From NCBI GenBank assembly GCA_030706025.1, contig JAUZPJ010000001.1, positions 1,122 to 65,121 on the forward strand: 64,000 nucleotides of DNA. The letters are read 5' to 3'. Shown here piece after piece: positions 17,501 through 26,043 of this stretch. Each line of letters opens with the position of its first letter. Position 1 is the first letter of the stretch. The DNA is from Bacillota bacterium. GTDB taxonomy: Bacteria > Bacillota > Desulfitobacteriia > Desulfitobacteriales > Desulfitobacteriaceae. The notes under the pieces were generated by a model. It was given only the letters and a program-made list of their open reading frames with translations. It ran no database searches and was not told where the DNA came from. The position numbers were made by a program, and so were the translations under genes.

Positions 17501-19125
17501 AAGCCATAACTGATCCTAATTATATGGCTAAAGTTGACGCCTTAAGGCATTTGCAAGCATATCAAGGTGTTGTAAAAACTATCGACTTGTCATTTTCCTT
17601 ATTCCATCACATCACACTAGCTGCTGAAGCGTTATATAATTCCAGAGGTGGTTTAGACTTCATTAAAAATTGGGACAAAATGAGCAAACTTGGAAGTGAA
17701 TCCTTTAATGCTGCCGAGAAATGGGGCGCAGAACATGGCTTAATGACCACAAAAATTGATGACAACTATGATATTTTAAGACAATTAGCTGGCAAGGGGA
17801 GTATTATTGACAAGGCGTGGAATTCTGATAATAAACTTGCTAAGGGTGCCGCTGCTATTCCTAAAGGACTTGCTTCATTATCGAATAAAAACTCAGAATT
17901 TTTATTTGGTAAAATTCAAAGATGGCTCAAGGTTATGGACTTCCAAAACAAAGCATCTGAATTCGTGGGAAAGAATCCTAATATGAAAAACGCAGAAGTG
18001 ACAAAGGGATTAAGGCAAATAGCTTCAGAAATCAATGATTCTTATGGTGGTTTGAATTGGAAGGCCATGGGGGTTACTCCAAGCGTTCAAGCCTTGTCTC
18101 GACTTGGATTCTTGGCTCCTGACTGGACGTTTTCTAGCGCAAGAATGCTTGGACGAGCAACCGGTTTAGGAAATATTGAACGTGGGGCCGGTATATTACA
18201 AAATACCAAAAATGTAATTAAGGGTAATCCCGGAAATGCAGCAGCTAGGACAGAATTTGCTGTGGCATTAGTTGGTGGAGCTATTCTTACAGAAGGTCTA
18301 AATAAGATTCTGACGGGTCATTATACGAACCAAAATCCAAAAGGCCATGAGTTGCAAGTGGAGGTTCAACCAGGAGTCTTTATTTCCTTTTTCCGGTCTG
18401 GAATTGGTGATGTTACAAAATGGTCCGCTAATATGCTTACTCAAGGGCCATTAGGTGGTACGATAAATACGATTCAAGGAAAAGGTAGTCCTTTGGTTAG
18501 AACTCTCGTAGGGCAATTAGCGAATAAGCAATTTACTGGTGCTCCCATTACGAATTCAAAAAATACTCCATTGCAGAATGATCTAGCAAGAATAAAGGAG
18601 TTGGCGAGTAGTTTTGCTCCTATGCCTTTTGGCATTTCCGGTACTGCAAGATATCTCAAAAGTGGAGATGCTACGCCATTAGGTACGGGATTAACCGGTA
18701 CTGGTGCTGCAACATATTCGAAAGTTAATCCTTTAAACCCTCTAGCCAATCCTTCGAGTGCTTACGCTGGAAACTGGCTAAATGACTTATTATCTCCTTC
18801 TAGTTCTGCGAGTGATGCTCTTATATCTAAGATTAATGCTCAGAACAAAGCGCAGAACAATCAAACGACACTCATTAAGCAATCTTTAGGAAAAGCGTTA
18901 ACAACAGGTGGATCAACCTCTGATGTTTTTTCCAAATACAATGTTCCGGTAAGTGAAAGGTCGCAACTACTAAAGGATGCCAAGAGTGCCATAGTTGAAA
19001 GTCAGAAATCCCCATTGGTTCAGAAGTTTGATAGTCTAAGCAAGTCGGGACAACAGAAGTTCCTGCAAAGTCTTACTTCAAACGAAAGAGCTACCCTGAT
19101 GCAGGAAAAGCCTAAATTAAAATGA
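14551..19125 (+). CDS. Large DNA ejection / injection protein
   Basis: 1524 aa, last structural gene, Gly/Ala-rich hydrophobic segments; internal KMNLQMFAK motif. Confidence 0.6.
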   Translation: MAYNLMDYTKNDQFSNNKYDLMKYAKANETSYPSSMADFRKIEDTTPLPDTPPVKQPSLWDQIKVGDIKGLSSRIQPFHDDMPDSYYQNQAPPISQSDATLIQHNPSLLETLGNSLSGIGKAFKSGGENSPLVTGLTKAFLGDQYNSTPTPTPYTPQNIPESIASGIGEQAAEWPLWMAGGALSKGLMGAEKVAPIISKLPGLVQTGIDAGLTYGGAVAPMETALQGDGSQGLIEREKQVPAFMLGGAALHGAGQLIGKGIEGVGNYLADRRLGELTQPLGEAVQNQFNAPSLHDVQLANPITRSVQRSADLGPLRISDTLTPEYKAKQAELNDVFKNKPLAEQPLNPVTNTTLQQNIDNSLGIGKSTEQYQGLDVFGKPLQSYKINNDTQNAIAEISSKMDQQVQDIASSLKQMDNQTRVGSIRNQIKDLGGISQGNPNIFEEQKVIPNWIRNNITGRPLDEVADTLGMNSDELLAAISDSAYKPRDYVTEAYRIAHNDPEYQALSNTLDTLKNELPGKKTLQEAIPKHDGIMTKADINLKPRELTSKSEQLPNEQLKGLSLSGNLPVDEPLARPVKKLQPVKREPLTWTNRDNIPVSNTESIKPMPEQTLEEALKSGDSGPQTITSNETVPAPIGEPKLATEQPSINLADTKIPDTSIQPSVDDNTFWNKIKSALGWKGNVSVLQNGIKTGKVDIGELPVEDQSRIKMNLQMFAKPNEYVDTKPIDINIGKSDKQTAIDTRQGYVGKLNKQIVTGNQLRDTMQQLAPKEQEGIQLFLDAGGDINHLNEMANNPDPVLDSFIPNTKTTYIEAYNQALNLSPNAHKAAEMAQKYYEESGKYALNTGSTRSIIENYANRMWKQEPSGNVKTEVRQPGLNPFTSHSKQRFYETMGEGILNGKEPATLNAGDLLSIHNQEMARANTNRELAKALESKGLGVYQFEKPTQGFTAIDSLSRDIPTMHDGKPAIIRQNFVIPDGIAKGLQAITDPNYMAKVDALRHLQAYQGVVKTIDLSFSLFHHITLAAEALYNSRGGLDFIKNWDKMSKLGSESFNAAEKWGAEHGLMTTKIDDNYDILRQLAGKGSIIDKAWNSDNKLAKGAAAIPKGLASLSNKNSEFLFGKIQRWLKVMDFQNKASEFVGKNPNMKNAEVTKGLRQIASEINDSYGGLNWKAMGVTPSVQALSRLGFLAPDWTFSSARMLGRATGLGNIERGAGILQNTKNVIKGNPGNAAARTEFAVALVGGAILTEGLNKILTGHYTNQNPKGHELQVEVQPGVFISFFRSGIGDVTKWSANMLTQGPLGGTINTIQGKGSPLVRTLVGQLANKQFTGAPITNSKNTPLQNDLARIKELASSFAPMPFGISGTARYLKSGDATPLGTGLTGTGAATYSKVNPLNPLANPSSAYAGNWLNDLLSPSSSASDALISKINAQNKAQNNQTTLIKQSLGKALTTGGSTSDVFSKYNVPVSERSQLLKDAKSAIVESQKSPLVQKFDSLSKSGQQKFLQSLTSNERATLMQEKPKLK

Positions 19126-19145
19126 GGATGGTTTTTAACCATCCT

Positions 19146-19313
19146 CTACCGTTCGTAAACTTCATAAATCACTATCGCAACGCAAAAAAATGAAAATACT
19201 CCCCATAATAATGTTATCCAATCGGAGCTCACTTTTGTAAATGGCAGTATCATTGTTAATGTTATTGTTACAAAAAGACCGACAAAGATAAATATGGATT
19301 TATCCTCTGTCAT
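19146..19313 (-). CDS. Small two-TM membrane protein (not in ORF track)
   Basis: MTEDKSIFIFVGLFVTITLTMILPFTKVSSDWITLLWGVFSFFCVAIVIYEVYER; AAGGTG RBS; hairpin at about 19126-19146. Confidence 0.55.
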   Translation of the reverse strand: MTEDKSIFIFVGLFVTITLTMILPFTKVSSDWITLLWGVFSFFCVAIVIYEVYER

Positions 19314-19409
19314 TTTTAACACCTTCTCTTATGTTCTTTTTTATGTAACAGTTTACCACTTATTGCTTAATTATGGTATAAGAGGAGTGGTTATTATGGT
19401 ATAATATAT

Positions 19410-19477
19410 ATGGGAGAACAGGGAGTCATGACCCTGTTAAAACGGTTTTCCTGACCGGCTCCCCATTAAAACAGGAA
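19410..19477 (+). ncRNA. Structured 5' leader RNA (three-way junction plus pseudoknot) of HNH gene 2
   Basis: TGnTATAAT 19397-19405; ATGGGAG/CTCCCCAT; AACAGGG/CCCTGTT; CGGT/ACCG with loop TTTCCTG pairing CAGGAA 19472-19477. Confidence 0.6.
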
Positions 19478-19503
19478 CAAATGCTAAGGAGGCGTTTTTT
19501 ATT

Positions 19504-20274
19504 ATGGAAAATTTTAAAGCGTGTTCAAAATGTGGAGAAAGAAAACCTGCGACCAGTGAATATTTTGTTCGTAAAAAAGACTGTAAAGATGGTATTTCCG
19601 GAACGTGCAAGTCTTGTAAGAGTAAACGAGATAAAGAATATCAGGAAAGAAATAAAGAGTCTATAAAAAAACAAAAACAAAGATATATACTTAAAAACAA
19701 AGATAAAAAGGCTGAAGCCGACAGAAAATACTACCTAGAAAATAAGAAATCAATACTAGAGTACAGGAGACAGCATTATTTAAGAAATAAAGAAAAAAGA
19801 AACAATCAAAGTAGGATGTACTACATTAAAAACAAGGAAAAGATTGATGCGTGGCAAATAAAATACCATGAAGATAATAAAGAAAAAATAAGCAAGTACC
19901 GTAGGCAATACGGAATAATTAACAGAGAAACATATAATATGCACGGACATAACCGAAGGGCTAGGGAAAGAAAACTAGTAGCAACATTAACCCAAAAACA
20001 ATGGGAGCAGATTAAGAGTTTGTTTGGCAATCGTTGTGCATATTGTGGGAAGAAAAAGTTCTTGACTAAAGATCATTTTATCTCATTAACAAACAATGGG
20101 GAATTTAGTCATAATAATATAATCCCTGCTTGTCTTAACTGTAATTGTAGTAAAAAGGATAGATCATTCTTTTCCTGGTATCCGACCTTCAAACACTACT
20201 CCAAGCAACGTGAACAGAATATCCTCAAATACTTAGGTTATACCAACGGAATTCAACAATTATCCTTAATTTAA
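19504..20274 (+). CDS. Free-standing HNH endonuclease, paralog of 6837-7967
   Basis: CSKC..CKSC; CAYC..KDHFI..NIIPACLNCN; ends QQLSLI. Confidence 0.9.
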   Translation: MENFKACSKCGERKPATSEYFVRKKDCKDGISGTCKSCKSKRDKEYQERNKESIKKQKQRYILKNKDKKAEADRKYYLENKKSILEYRRQHYLRNKEKRNNQSRMYYIKNKEKIDAWQIKYHEDNKEKISKYRRQYGIINRETYNMHGHNRRARERKLVATLTQKQWEQIKSLFGNRCAYCGKKKFLTKDHFISLTNNGEFSHNNIIPACLNCNCSKKDRSFFSWYPTFKHYSKQREQNILKYLGYTNGIQQLSLI

Positions 20275-20281
20275 TATTTCC

Positions 20282-20314
20282 ATAACACCGTATTCTTGTG
20301 CGGTGTTATTTTTT
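20282..20314 (+). terminator. Intrinsic terminator after HNH 2
   Basis: ATAACACCGTA / TGCGGTGTTAT stem followed by T-tract. Confidence 0.7.
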
Positions 20315-20357
20315 ATTTATGGGTTTCAAACGAAGGGACTGAGAAAGAGGTGTATTT

Positions 20358-20561
20358 ATGTCTGTGCAATGTACCGCTGATAATCCATGTGTAGCTATGC
20401 AATTACTTACCCAAAGGGCAGTTAATCAAGAAGAAAGGATTGATAAGATGGAACTACTTATCGAATCAATGAGAAATAGGCTTCCCTTATGGGCAACTAT
20501 GGCCTTAACTGCTTGTGGTGGAACTATTGGGATATTGGTAGGATTACTTACGAAAGGATGA
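20358..20561 (+). CDS. Holin-like / XhlA-like protein
   Basis: Coiled coil plus C-terminal TM helix immediately upstream of the endolysin. Confidence 0.6.
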   Translation: MSVQCTADNPCVAMQLLTQRAVNQEERIDKMELLIESMRNRLPLWATMALTACGGTIGILVGLLTKG

Positions 20562-20565
20562 TTTT

Positions 20566-21213
20566 ATGCCTTATCAAATTAGTGAACAACTTATCAAATT
20601 TAACAGGTCTGGACAATCTTTATCCCCCCAAGGATTCGTTATTCATTCTACCGATACACCGAACGCAACCGCGCAAAACGAGCATGATTATTTTAATTCA
20701 GGGAATCGGCAGGCATCAGCTCATTACTTCGTTGATAGTTCTAGTATAATTCGATGTATTCCCGAAAATGAAGTAGCTTGGCATGCTGGAACTACTGCTA
20801 ATCATAGGTTTCTTTCCGTGGAAATGTGTGATGTTGAGTCATTCCAGGAGGTATGGAATAGAACCGTATGGTTAGTCGCTGATGCTTGCGTAAGGTATGG
20901 GTGGACTACTGGACCAAATGTTTATTCTCATCGGGGCATATCGGCAATGTACAAAGAAACAGATCATACAGACCCTATTCAATTCTTGGCTAATCACGGT
21001 AAAACGTGGGATCAATTACTTGCCGCCATTGATTCGGAAATAGAAAATGTTAAGAAAGGAGTGGTTAAAGTGGCAGAAGCGGAAACTCCCAAGAAAATAA
21101 TTGCCCCGGATGATATTTACCTGTCTGTTCGCGTTCGCGAATCATTGGCAGATCAAGCTATCTTAGACATAAATAAACTTGGTTTCGCTGCTAAAAAAAT
21201 GGATTTAGCCTAA
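20566..21213 (+). CDS. Endolysin, N-acetylmuramoyl-L-alanine amidase (Amidase_2)
   Basis: VIHSTD, ASAHYFVD, AWHAG, SVEMC and H..DHTDP zinc-amidase motifs. Confidence 0.92.
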   Translation: MPYQISEQLIKFNRSGQSLSPQGFVIHSTDTPNATAQNEHDYFNSGNRQASAHYFVDSSSIIRCIPENEVAWHAGTTANHRFLSVEMCDVESFQEVWNRTVWLVADACVRYGWTTGPNVYSHRGISAMYKETDHTDPIQFLANHGKTWDQLLAAIDSEIENVKKGVVKVAEAETPKKIIAPDDIYLSVRVRESLADQAILDINKLGFAAKKMDLA

Positions 21214-21231
21214 GAAGGGAAATGATTAATT

Positions 21232-21378
21232 GTGATCCAACTTCCTATTTGGCAAATTAATGTAACTCAAACGTGGGAAAGGGAAAGCCCATGCACAAAA
21301 TGCCCTAATAATCCGATGGTAAATGAATTTGCTACGGGTTTCTGTAATTGTACTTTGGGAACTCAAGTTTGGTATTAA
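21232..21378 (+). CDS. Small Cys-rich hypothetical protein
   Basis: GTG start; ...SPCTKCPNNP...GFCNCTLG; 48 aa. Confidence 0.4.
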   Translation: MIQLPIWQINVTQTWERESPCTKCPNNPMVNEFATGFCNCTLGTQVWY

Positions 21379-21395
21379 GAAAGGAAATGATTAAA

Positions 21396-21776
21396 ATGAC
21401 AAATCAAAAATTAACTTCTCCGTTGTTCTGGACAGCCATAATTGGAGCTGTGAAAATTGTACTCGATACCGTAGGAATCCAAGTCATTGATAACCAAAAA
21501 GTAGATGCTTTAGCCAATGGACTTGCGGCCGCAGCAGTTTTAATCGGAGTAGTAGTGGACCATGGTGCTAAGGTTGAGCCGGTGACGGCACAAGGTATTC
21601 TTGATGCCGTTACTAAATTAGTTAATGATTTACAACCTATTGTTACGCAACCTACAATTTCCCCTGTTACCTCTGTAGTTTCTCCTGCTAGTTTTTCTAC
21701 TACTCCACCCATCGAAACCCCTGTAACTCCCCCAGAAGTTTCACCAACAGTTGACCAATCCATTATCAATCCCTAA
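21396..21776 (+). CDS. Holin with Pro/Thr/Ser-rich tail
   Basis: KLTSPLFWTAIIG plus a second TM helix; follows the endolysin; AAGGA RBS. Confidence 0.7.
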   Translation: MTNQKLTSPLFWTAIIGAVKIVLDTVGIQVIDNQKVDALANGLAAAAVLIGVVVDHGAKVEPVTAQGILDAVTKLVNDLQPIVTQPTISPVTSVVSPASFSTTPPIETPVTPPEVSPTVDQSIINP

Positions 21777-21819
21777 TCAAAACTAATGCCCACTTCCTTA
21801 ATTGGAGGTGGGCTCTTTT

Positions 21820-22071
21820 TTATTTTATCCTTATAAAGTTATCGAATATTCCGAGCGTAACCGATCCGTTATCTTGAAAGAGTGTTGCAAAATATAAGTC
21901 CGTCACATTCGCTGAAGTTTTTGCAGCGGCATCACCGTAAAAATGTAAGGCATATCCTGTTATATTTGGATTTGAATTAGCCAGGACTACTAAAATAATT
22001 GCGAGTATAATTAAGAACCTTTGTGCTTTCGATAATTCTACTTCTTGTAATTCTTTAATGATTTCGTCCAT
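21820..22071 (-). CDS. Hypothetical membrane protein
   Basis: GAGGT RBS, one TM helix, converges on a terminator at about 21788-21820. Confidence 0.45.
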   Translation of the reverse strand: MDEIIKELQEVELSKAQRFLIILAIILVVLANSNPNITGYALHFYGDAAAKTSANVTDLYFATLFQDNGSVTLGIFDNFIRIK

Positions 22072-22206
22072 GGTTGCTTACCTCTTTTGACTTAAAATTT
22101 ATTAGGTAGTATGTCCCAAATCGTTGAATTTAGTCATTATTTCTCGTGGACATGATACTATTATGGTACTACAATATAGATAAAGTGTATTTGAAGGAGA
22201 GGTAAA

Positions 22207-22371
22207 ATGGCCAACAATAAAGATAAGACATATAAACCTCATATCAAAGTGTATTTTGAAACTGATGAAGAGGTTGAGAAGATAAAAGGAGTTGCTAAAA
22301 GCCAAGGTTTATCCGCAAGTGCCTGGTTCAGAAATTGGGCATTGAAGCAGTTTAGGAAGGGTAGGAAGTAG
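22207..22371 (+). CDS. RHH-type regulator (not in ORF track)
   Basis: MANNKDKTYKPHIKVYFETDEEVEKIKGVAKSQGLSASAWFRNWAL; GGAGAGG RBS. Confidence 0.6.
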   Translation: MANNKDKTYKPHIKVYFETDEEVEKIKGVAKSQGLSASAWFRNWALKQFRKGRK

Positions 22372-22373
22372 GA

Positions 22374-22622
22374 ATGGGAAACTTACTCCAATTAAGGCCA
22401 AAGATAAACCCTAAATTAATTCCTAAGAAAAGTGATATCGTAGAATTTATAGAGACATTGAATATATTGAGGGAATTGTACATTGAGGGTTATATCGAAG
22501 ACATACTTATTCTCATAAATGGAGATGGAGATAAAACTTGTGCAGGAAATGGATTGAGCGTTCAAGATGCCAAAGAAATGTGCAGGGATTTTATAAGTAA
22601 CCCTAATGAGTATATGGATTGA
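22374..22622 (+). CDS. Hypothetical protein
   Basis: Tightly packed plus-strand operon. Confidence 0.5.
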   Translation: MGNLLQLRPKINPKLIPKKSDIVEFIETLNILRELYIEGYIEDILILINGDGDKTCAGNGLSVQDAKEMCRDFISNPNEYMD

Positions 22623-22638
22623 GAAGGAGGACTCGTAA

Positions 22639-22911
22639 ATGCCCGTAATATGCCAATACTGCAGAAGGGATATGCAAAGAACAAAGTCATGTGACGAATT
22701 TATCATTGGGAGTAACGATGGTAAGGACTTTCATCCTATCCCGTTCGGAAAAGAAACTAGATTTGACGACTATAATCCTGTCTTTAGTGATACATGCCCT
22801 GATTGTGGCGTAAGGTTTGGAGGTTTTCATCATCCCGGATGTGATTGGGAAGAATGTCCGATATGTCATGAACAGATAATCTCTTGCTATTGCCATGAGG
22901 AGGGGGAATAA
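22639..22911 (+). CDS. Cys-rich hypothetical protein (CPDCG..HHPGCD..CPIC)
   Basis: GGAGG RBS; multiple Zn-binding motifs. Confidence 0.6.
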   Translation: MPVICQYCRRDMQRTKSCDEFIIGSNDGKDFHPIPFGKETRFDDYNPVFSDTCPDCGVRFGGFHHPGCDWEECPICHEQIISCYCHEEGE

Positions 22912-23215
22912 GGTGGATTTAGATCATCAATCTATTATGGAATTAATTCGTAAAGATACATATAAAGCAACACATGATGTTAAACCAACATATATGGTTA
23001 GTTCAGGAAAGGTATCTATGCCATTTACTAATGAGCATCTAGCATTTTATTGGCATAAGTATATGGAAATTCAAGGTGTTGAAACAGTTATTTATGAATT
23101 AAAAAACTATGATTGGGAAACAAATTTAGCCAATATAAAATTTCATGATACTAGTACGCCGGATGGTCAAAAGGATTTATTTCAAACCATAAGCGGTAAG
23201 TCGGTAATAAATTAA
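22895..23215 (+). CDS. Hypothetical protein
   Basis: Operon packing; RBS. Confidence 0.45.
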   Translation: MRRGNKVDLDHQSIMELIRKDTYKATHDVKPTYMVSSGKVSMPFTNEHLAFYWHKYMEIQGVETVIYELKNYDWETNLANIKFHDTSTPDGQKDLFQTISGKSVIN

Positions 23216-23237
23216 TCTAGATTAAGGAGGACACCAC

Positions 23238-23441
23238 TTGAACATGAAGGAAAATTATGAAGGTATTCACGGTCAATTCAAAAAATGCTCAATCCTGACA
23301 GATATCGAAAGCCATTATTCTAGTTCATCGGAAAAGATAGAAACAAAATGTAATCACGAATATATCAGAATGCAATATGCAGAAGAGGAATTCAAGTGTG
23401 TAAGATGTGGAATGGCAAGACCGGAGGTAGACTATGACTAA
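23238..23441 (+). CDS. Hypothetical protein
   Basis: AAGGAGG RBS; CNH..CVRC. Confidence 0.45.
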   Translation: MNMKENYEGIHGQFKKCSILTDIESHYSSSSEKIETKCNHEYIRMQYAEEEFKCVRCGMARPEVDYD

Positions 23442-23781
23442 ATACCAACACTACAAAGGTGGAATCTATACTCTTCTATCAACATCAGTATGGCATACTG
23501 AAACAAACGAACGATTAGCCGTGTATGAGAATTCAGAGGGTAAAACGTTTGCTAGGCCATACGATATGTTTTTCGGTAAAGTTGTTGTTGATGGTGAGGA
23601 AGTACCGAGGTTTAAGGAAATAGATAACAAAACAACTTCTAACCAAAGAGAATATCCGACACTCAAAGGAAAAGATGCAGAAGTATTTTTAAAAAGGAAT
23701 GATGAACACCTTATAAAAGCTAAGTTGAGGGCTAATAACTACATGAACACCTTACTTACGAAGTATGGGAGGGAAAAGTAA
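23434..23781 (+). CDS. DUF1653-domain protein
   Basis: YQHYKGGIY...HTETNE..AVY...ARPYDMF...PRF signature. Confidence 0.8.
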   Translation: MTKYQHYKGGIYTLLSTSVWHTETNERLAVYENSEGKTFARPYDMFFGKVVVDGEEVPRFKEIDNKTTSNQREYPTLKGKDAEVFLKRNDEHLIKAKLRANNYMNTLLTKYGREK

Positions 23782-23997
23782 TTGGAATTATTCACAACTG
23801 CCTGTTCGAAATGCGCTCATCTTCTAGTCTGTAAGTATAAGGGAGAATATGCAGAACTCGTAGAGAGATTTAACTATTCTATTAATAATCCATTTATCCT
23901 TTCATTACACTGTAATTTCTTCAGAAGTGACTCTTATTCTTCCAACTATAAAGATTTTACTCCTTCAAAATTAAAGTCTGAGGTTAAATTTGCCTAA
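23782..23997 (+). CDS. Hypothetical protein
   Basis: GGGAGG RBS; CSKCAH..VC. Confidence 0.45.
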   Translation: MELFTTACSKCAHLLVCKYKGEYAELVERFNYSINNPFILSLHCNFFRSDSYSSNYKDFTPSKLKSEVKFA

Positions 23998-24022
23998 TAA
24001 TAATATGGGGGGATAAATTAGT

Positions 24023-24217
24023 ATGAAATACTCAGATGATGTCATGCGTAATGTACATATGGTGCTTTCTCTCAAAGATGATGAAATAAATAAATTAACA
24101 AAAGAAGTTGGGTCACTAAAGAAGGAGATAGAAGTTTATAAAGAAGTAATTCAGAAATACGATGATATGAGAATAAGGAGAAGTATTGCAGATCTTTTGG
24201 TAGGTGGAAATCCATGA
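24023..24217 (+). CDS. Hypothetical coiled-coil protein
   Basis: GGGGG RBS; heptad pattern. Confidence 0.45.
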   Translation: MKYSDDVMRNVHMVLSLKDDEINKLTKEVGSLKKEIEVYKEVIQKYDDMRIRRSIADLLVGGNP

Positions 24218-24341
24218 AACAACGAATAACCTCTGATACAACGGCGGTTGTAGCTTCAATGAAGCACTGGAATATGCTTTTAATAACAAGGAGTGACAAA
24301 AAACAAAAGCCTTACTCAAAAGAGCGAAGGCTTTTTCACAT

Positions 24342-24992
24342 TCATAGGGCAAGTAGGGGTAATAACTTCAAGGCCATTAACGCCAAACCACCAATGATCA
24401 TTGTATTACCCAACCTTACTGCGTTTGCGGCATCATTCTTGGGAGCTGGAATCTCTACTGGATTTGGTGTTTCATCAGGCAATTCACTGATATTATTCTT
24501 GATAATTTCGAGATATTTTTCAAAGTTATCATTGTTTTTAAAGTGATCAACGATCTCGACTTTAACTTCTTCCTTGATACCATCAACTGTTACTTCTCGT
24601 TTATAACTCAGTGTATCTTTTGGTTGTTTTACGGTTGACTTACTGCTGCCTTTAAACCTATTTCCAAGTTTAGCCGTGATGTACTTTCCAAGATTGTTTC
24701 CTAACATAGCAGCATTAATTTTATATCCTTCTGGTAGGCCAATCACTATTTGTTTATCGGGAACAATTTGACTCCACATTCCCAAACTGTAAGCCCCCAT
24801 TTTAGGATTTGATTCAGAGAAGAATAGAGAGGTTTGGAGAGGGCTATTCGATGGGTAGGGATATAAGTAGTAGAGTTTTGATTCAGAGGCACTAGCAATG
24901 TTTGGCAAGCTGAGACAAGTTCCTACTAATATAAGTAGTATTGAAATTGCAAGAGTGCGCTTGATGGATGATTTGCGGAGGACTAGTAGCAT
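24342..24992 (-). CDS. Exported / membrane-anchored hypothetical protein
   Basis: N-terminal signal peptide and C-terminal hydrophobic helix; last gene of the minus-strand operon. Confidence 0.55.
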   Translation of the reverse strand: MLLVLRKSSIKRTLAISILLILVGTCLSLPNIASASESKLYYLYPYPSNSPLQTSLFFSESNPKMGAYSLGMWSQIVPDKQIVIGLPEGYKINAAMLGNNLGKYITAKLGNRFKGSSKSTVKQPKDTLSYKREVTVDGIKEEVKVEIVDHFKNNDNFEKYLEIIKNNISELPDETPNPVEIPAPKNDAANAVRLGNTMIIGGLALMALKLLPLLAL

Positions 24993-24993
24993 A

Positions 24994-25425
24994 TTATTTG
25001 CCCCCTTTAACTTTCTTTTTTAGATCCTCAATTAACCCATCATGATCTCGTACAGCTTTTTCTAACCAAGGAGCTAGTAAATCTTTTTCATCCTTTGGAA
25101 GTTGTTGAAAAAACTCCGCAAATTTTTCTTTTGCTAATTCTGGGTTACTACGGTAAGGATTTACAAAGAAATAATCTCTCAGATTACCGTTTTCATTAGA
25201 GATTATAATGAATTCAAAAGGTGTCAGGGGATATTTTGTAGGGATTCCGAAAGATGTAAATCCTCCCGTGGTGTCAGGAATTCTAATCTCATAATAAAGC
25301 TTGTTATCCGTAACGATAATATTATTGTTTGAATTACTTGACATCAATGAGATTGGCGAAAGAACCAGCAATGAAGCTAAAAGCAAACCGACAAGTTTAA
25401 CCATCACAGGATTAGCTACTGGCAT
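24994..25425 (-). CDS. Exported hypothetical protein
   Basis: N-terminal signal/TM; GGAGG RBS. Confidence 0.55.
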   Translation of the reverse strand: MPVANPVMVKLVGLLLASLLVLSPISLMSSNSNNNIIVTDNKLYYEIRIPDTTGGFTSFGIPTKYPLTPFEFIIISNENGNLRDYFFVNPYRSNPELAKEKFAEFFQQLPKDEKDLLAPWLEKAVRDHDGLIEDLKKKVKGGK

Positions 25426-25427
25426 AT

Positions 25428-25697
25428 TTATCTTCCTCCTTCAACAATAAAACCAAGTTCAATCAACCTATCTCTAATATTTAGCCTTTCGCAAATGGCG
25501 TCAATCTGTTCCTTAGGTGTAAGCCTCCAACAAAGTTTATTTATCTCAACAAATAAACCATCAATTCTATCTGGATCATTATCGTCGATTTTATCTTCAA
25601 TATTTTGTTCGATGGTTTCTAATTGAGAAGTTAACCATGTGGCAAGTTCGCAAGGGGTTACGTTATATTTATTGAGAATAGCCATGATTTGATCCAT
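25428..25697 (-). CDS. Hypothetical protein
   Basis: GGAGG RBS; operon packing. Confidence 0.5.
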   Translation of the reverse strand: MDQIMAILNKYNVTPCELATWLTSQLETIEQNIEDKIDDNDPDRIDGLFVEINKLCWRLTPKEQIDAICERLNIRDRLIELGFIVEGGR

Positions 25698-25698
25698 A

Positions 25699-26037
25699 TC
25701 AAACCCTCCATTTCAAATACTTCTTAACCTCGATAACAGACATTCTTTTTGTTGCTTTAGCAAGTCTGCTACCCTTCCAGCATCCATAACGGTGAATGGT
25801 TCTCGCTTTGTCCAAATCTTTTATATCGGCGTAATCAAATGTGTTAAGGCAGTCGAAACAATTGTGACCTTTATTCTGATTGCAATAATTTATATCCCAT
25901 CTGCATGATCCACAAATGGATAGCTTATCAGTTTTTAAACAAGAGTGATATTCGCGGCAAATAGGACATTTCACATTATGAATAATCATTTTTGATTCAA
26001 TTTCGGGAGAGATTAAGCTATTTTCCAACAAGATCAA
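25699..26037 (-). CDS. Cys-rich hypothetical protein
   Basis: CPIC, CGSC and CFDC motifs. Confidence 0.5.
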   Translation of the reverse strand: MILLENSLISPEIESKMIIHNVKCPICREYHSCLKTDKLSICGSCRWDINYCNQNKGHNCFDCLNTFDYADIKDLDKARTIHRYGCWKGSRLAKATKRMSVIEVKKYLKWRV

Positions 26038-26043
26038 TCCTCC

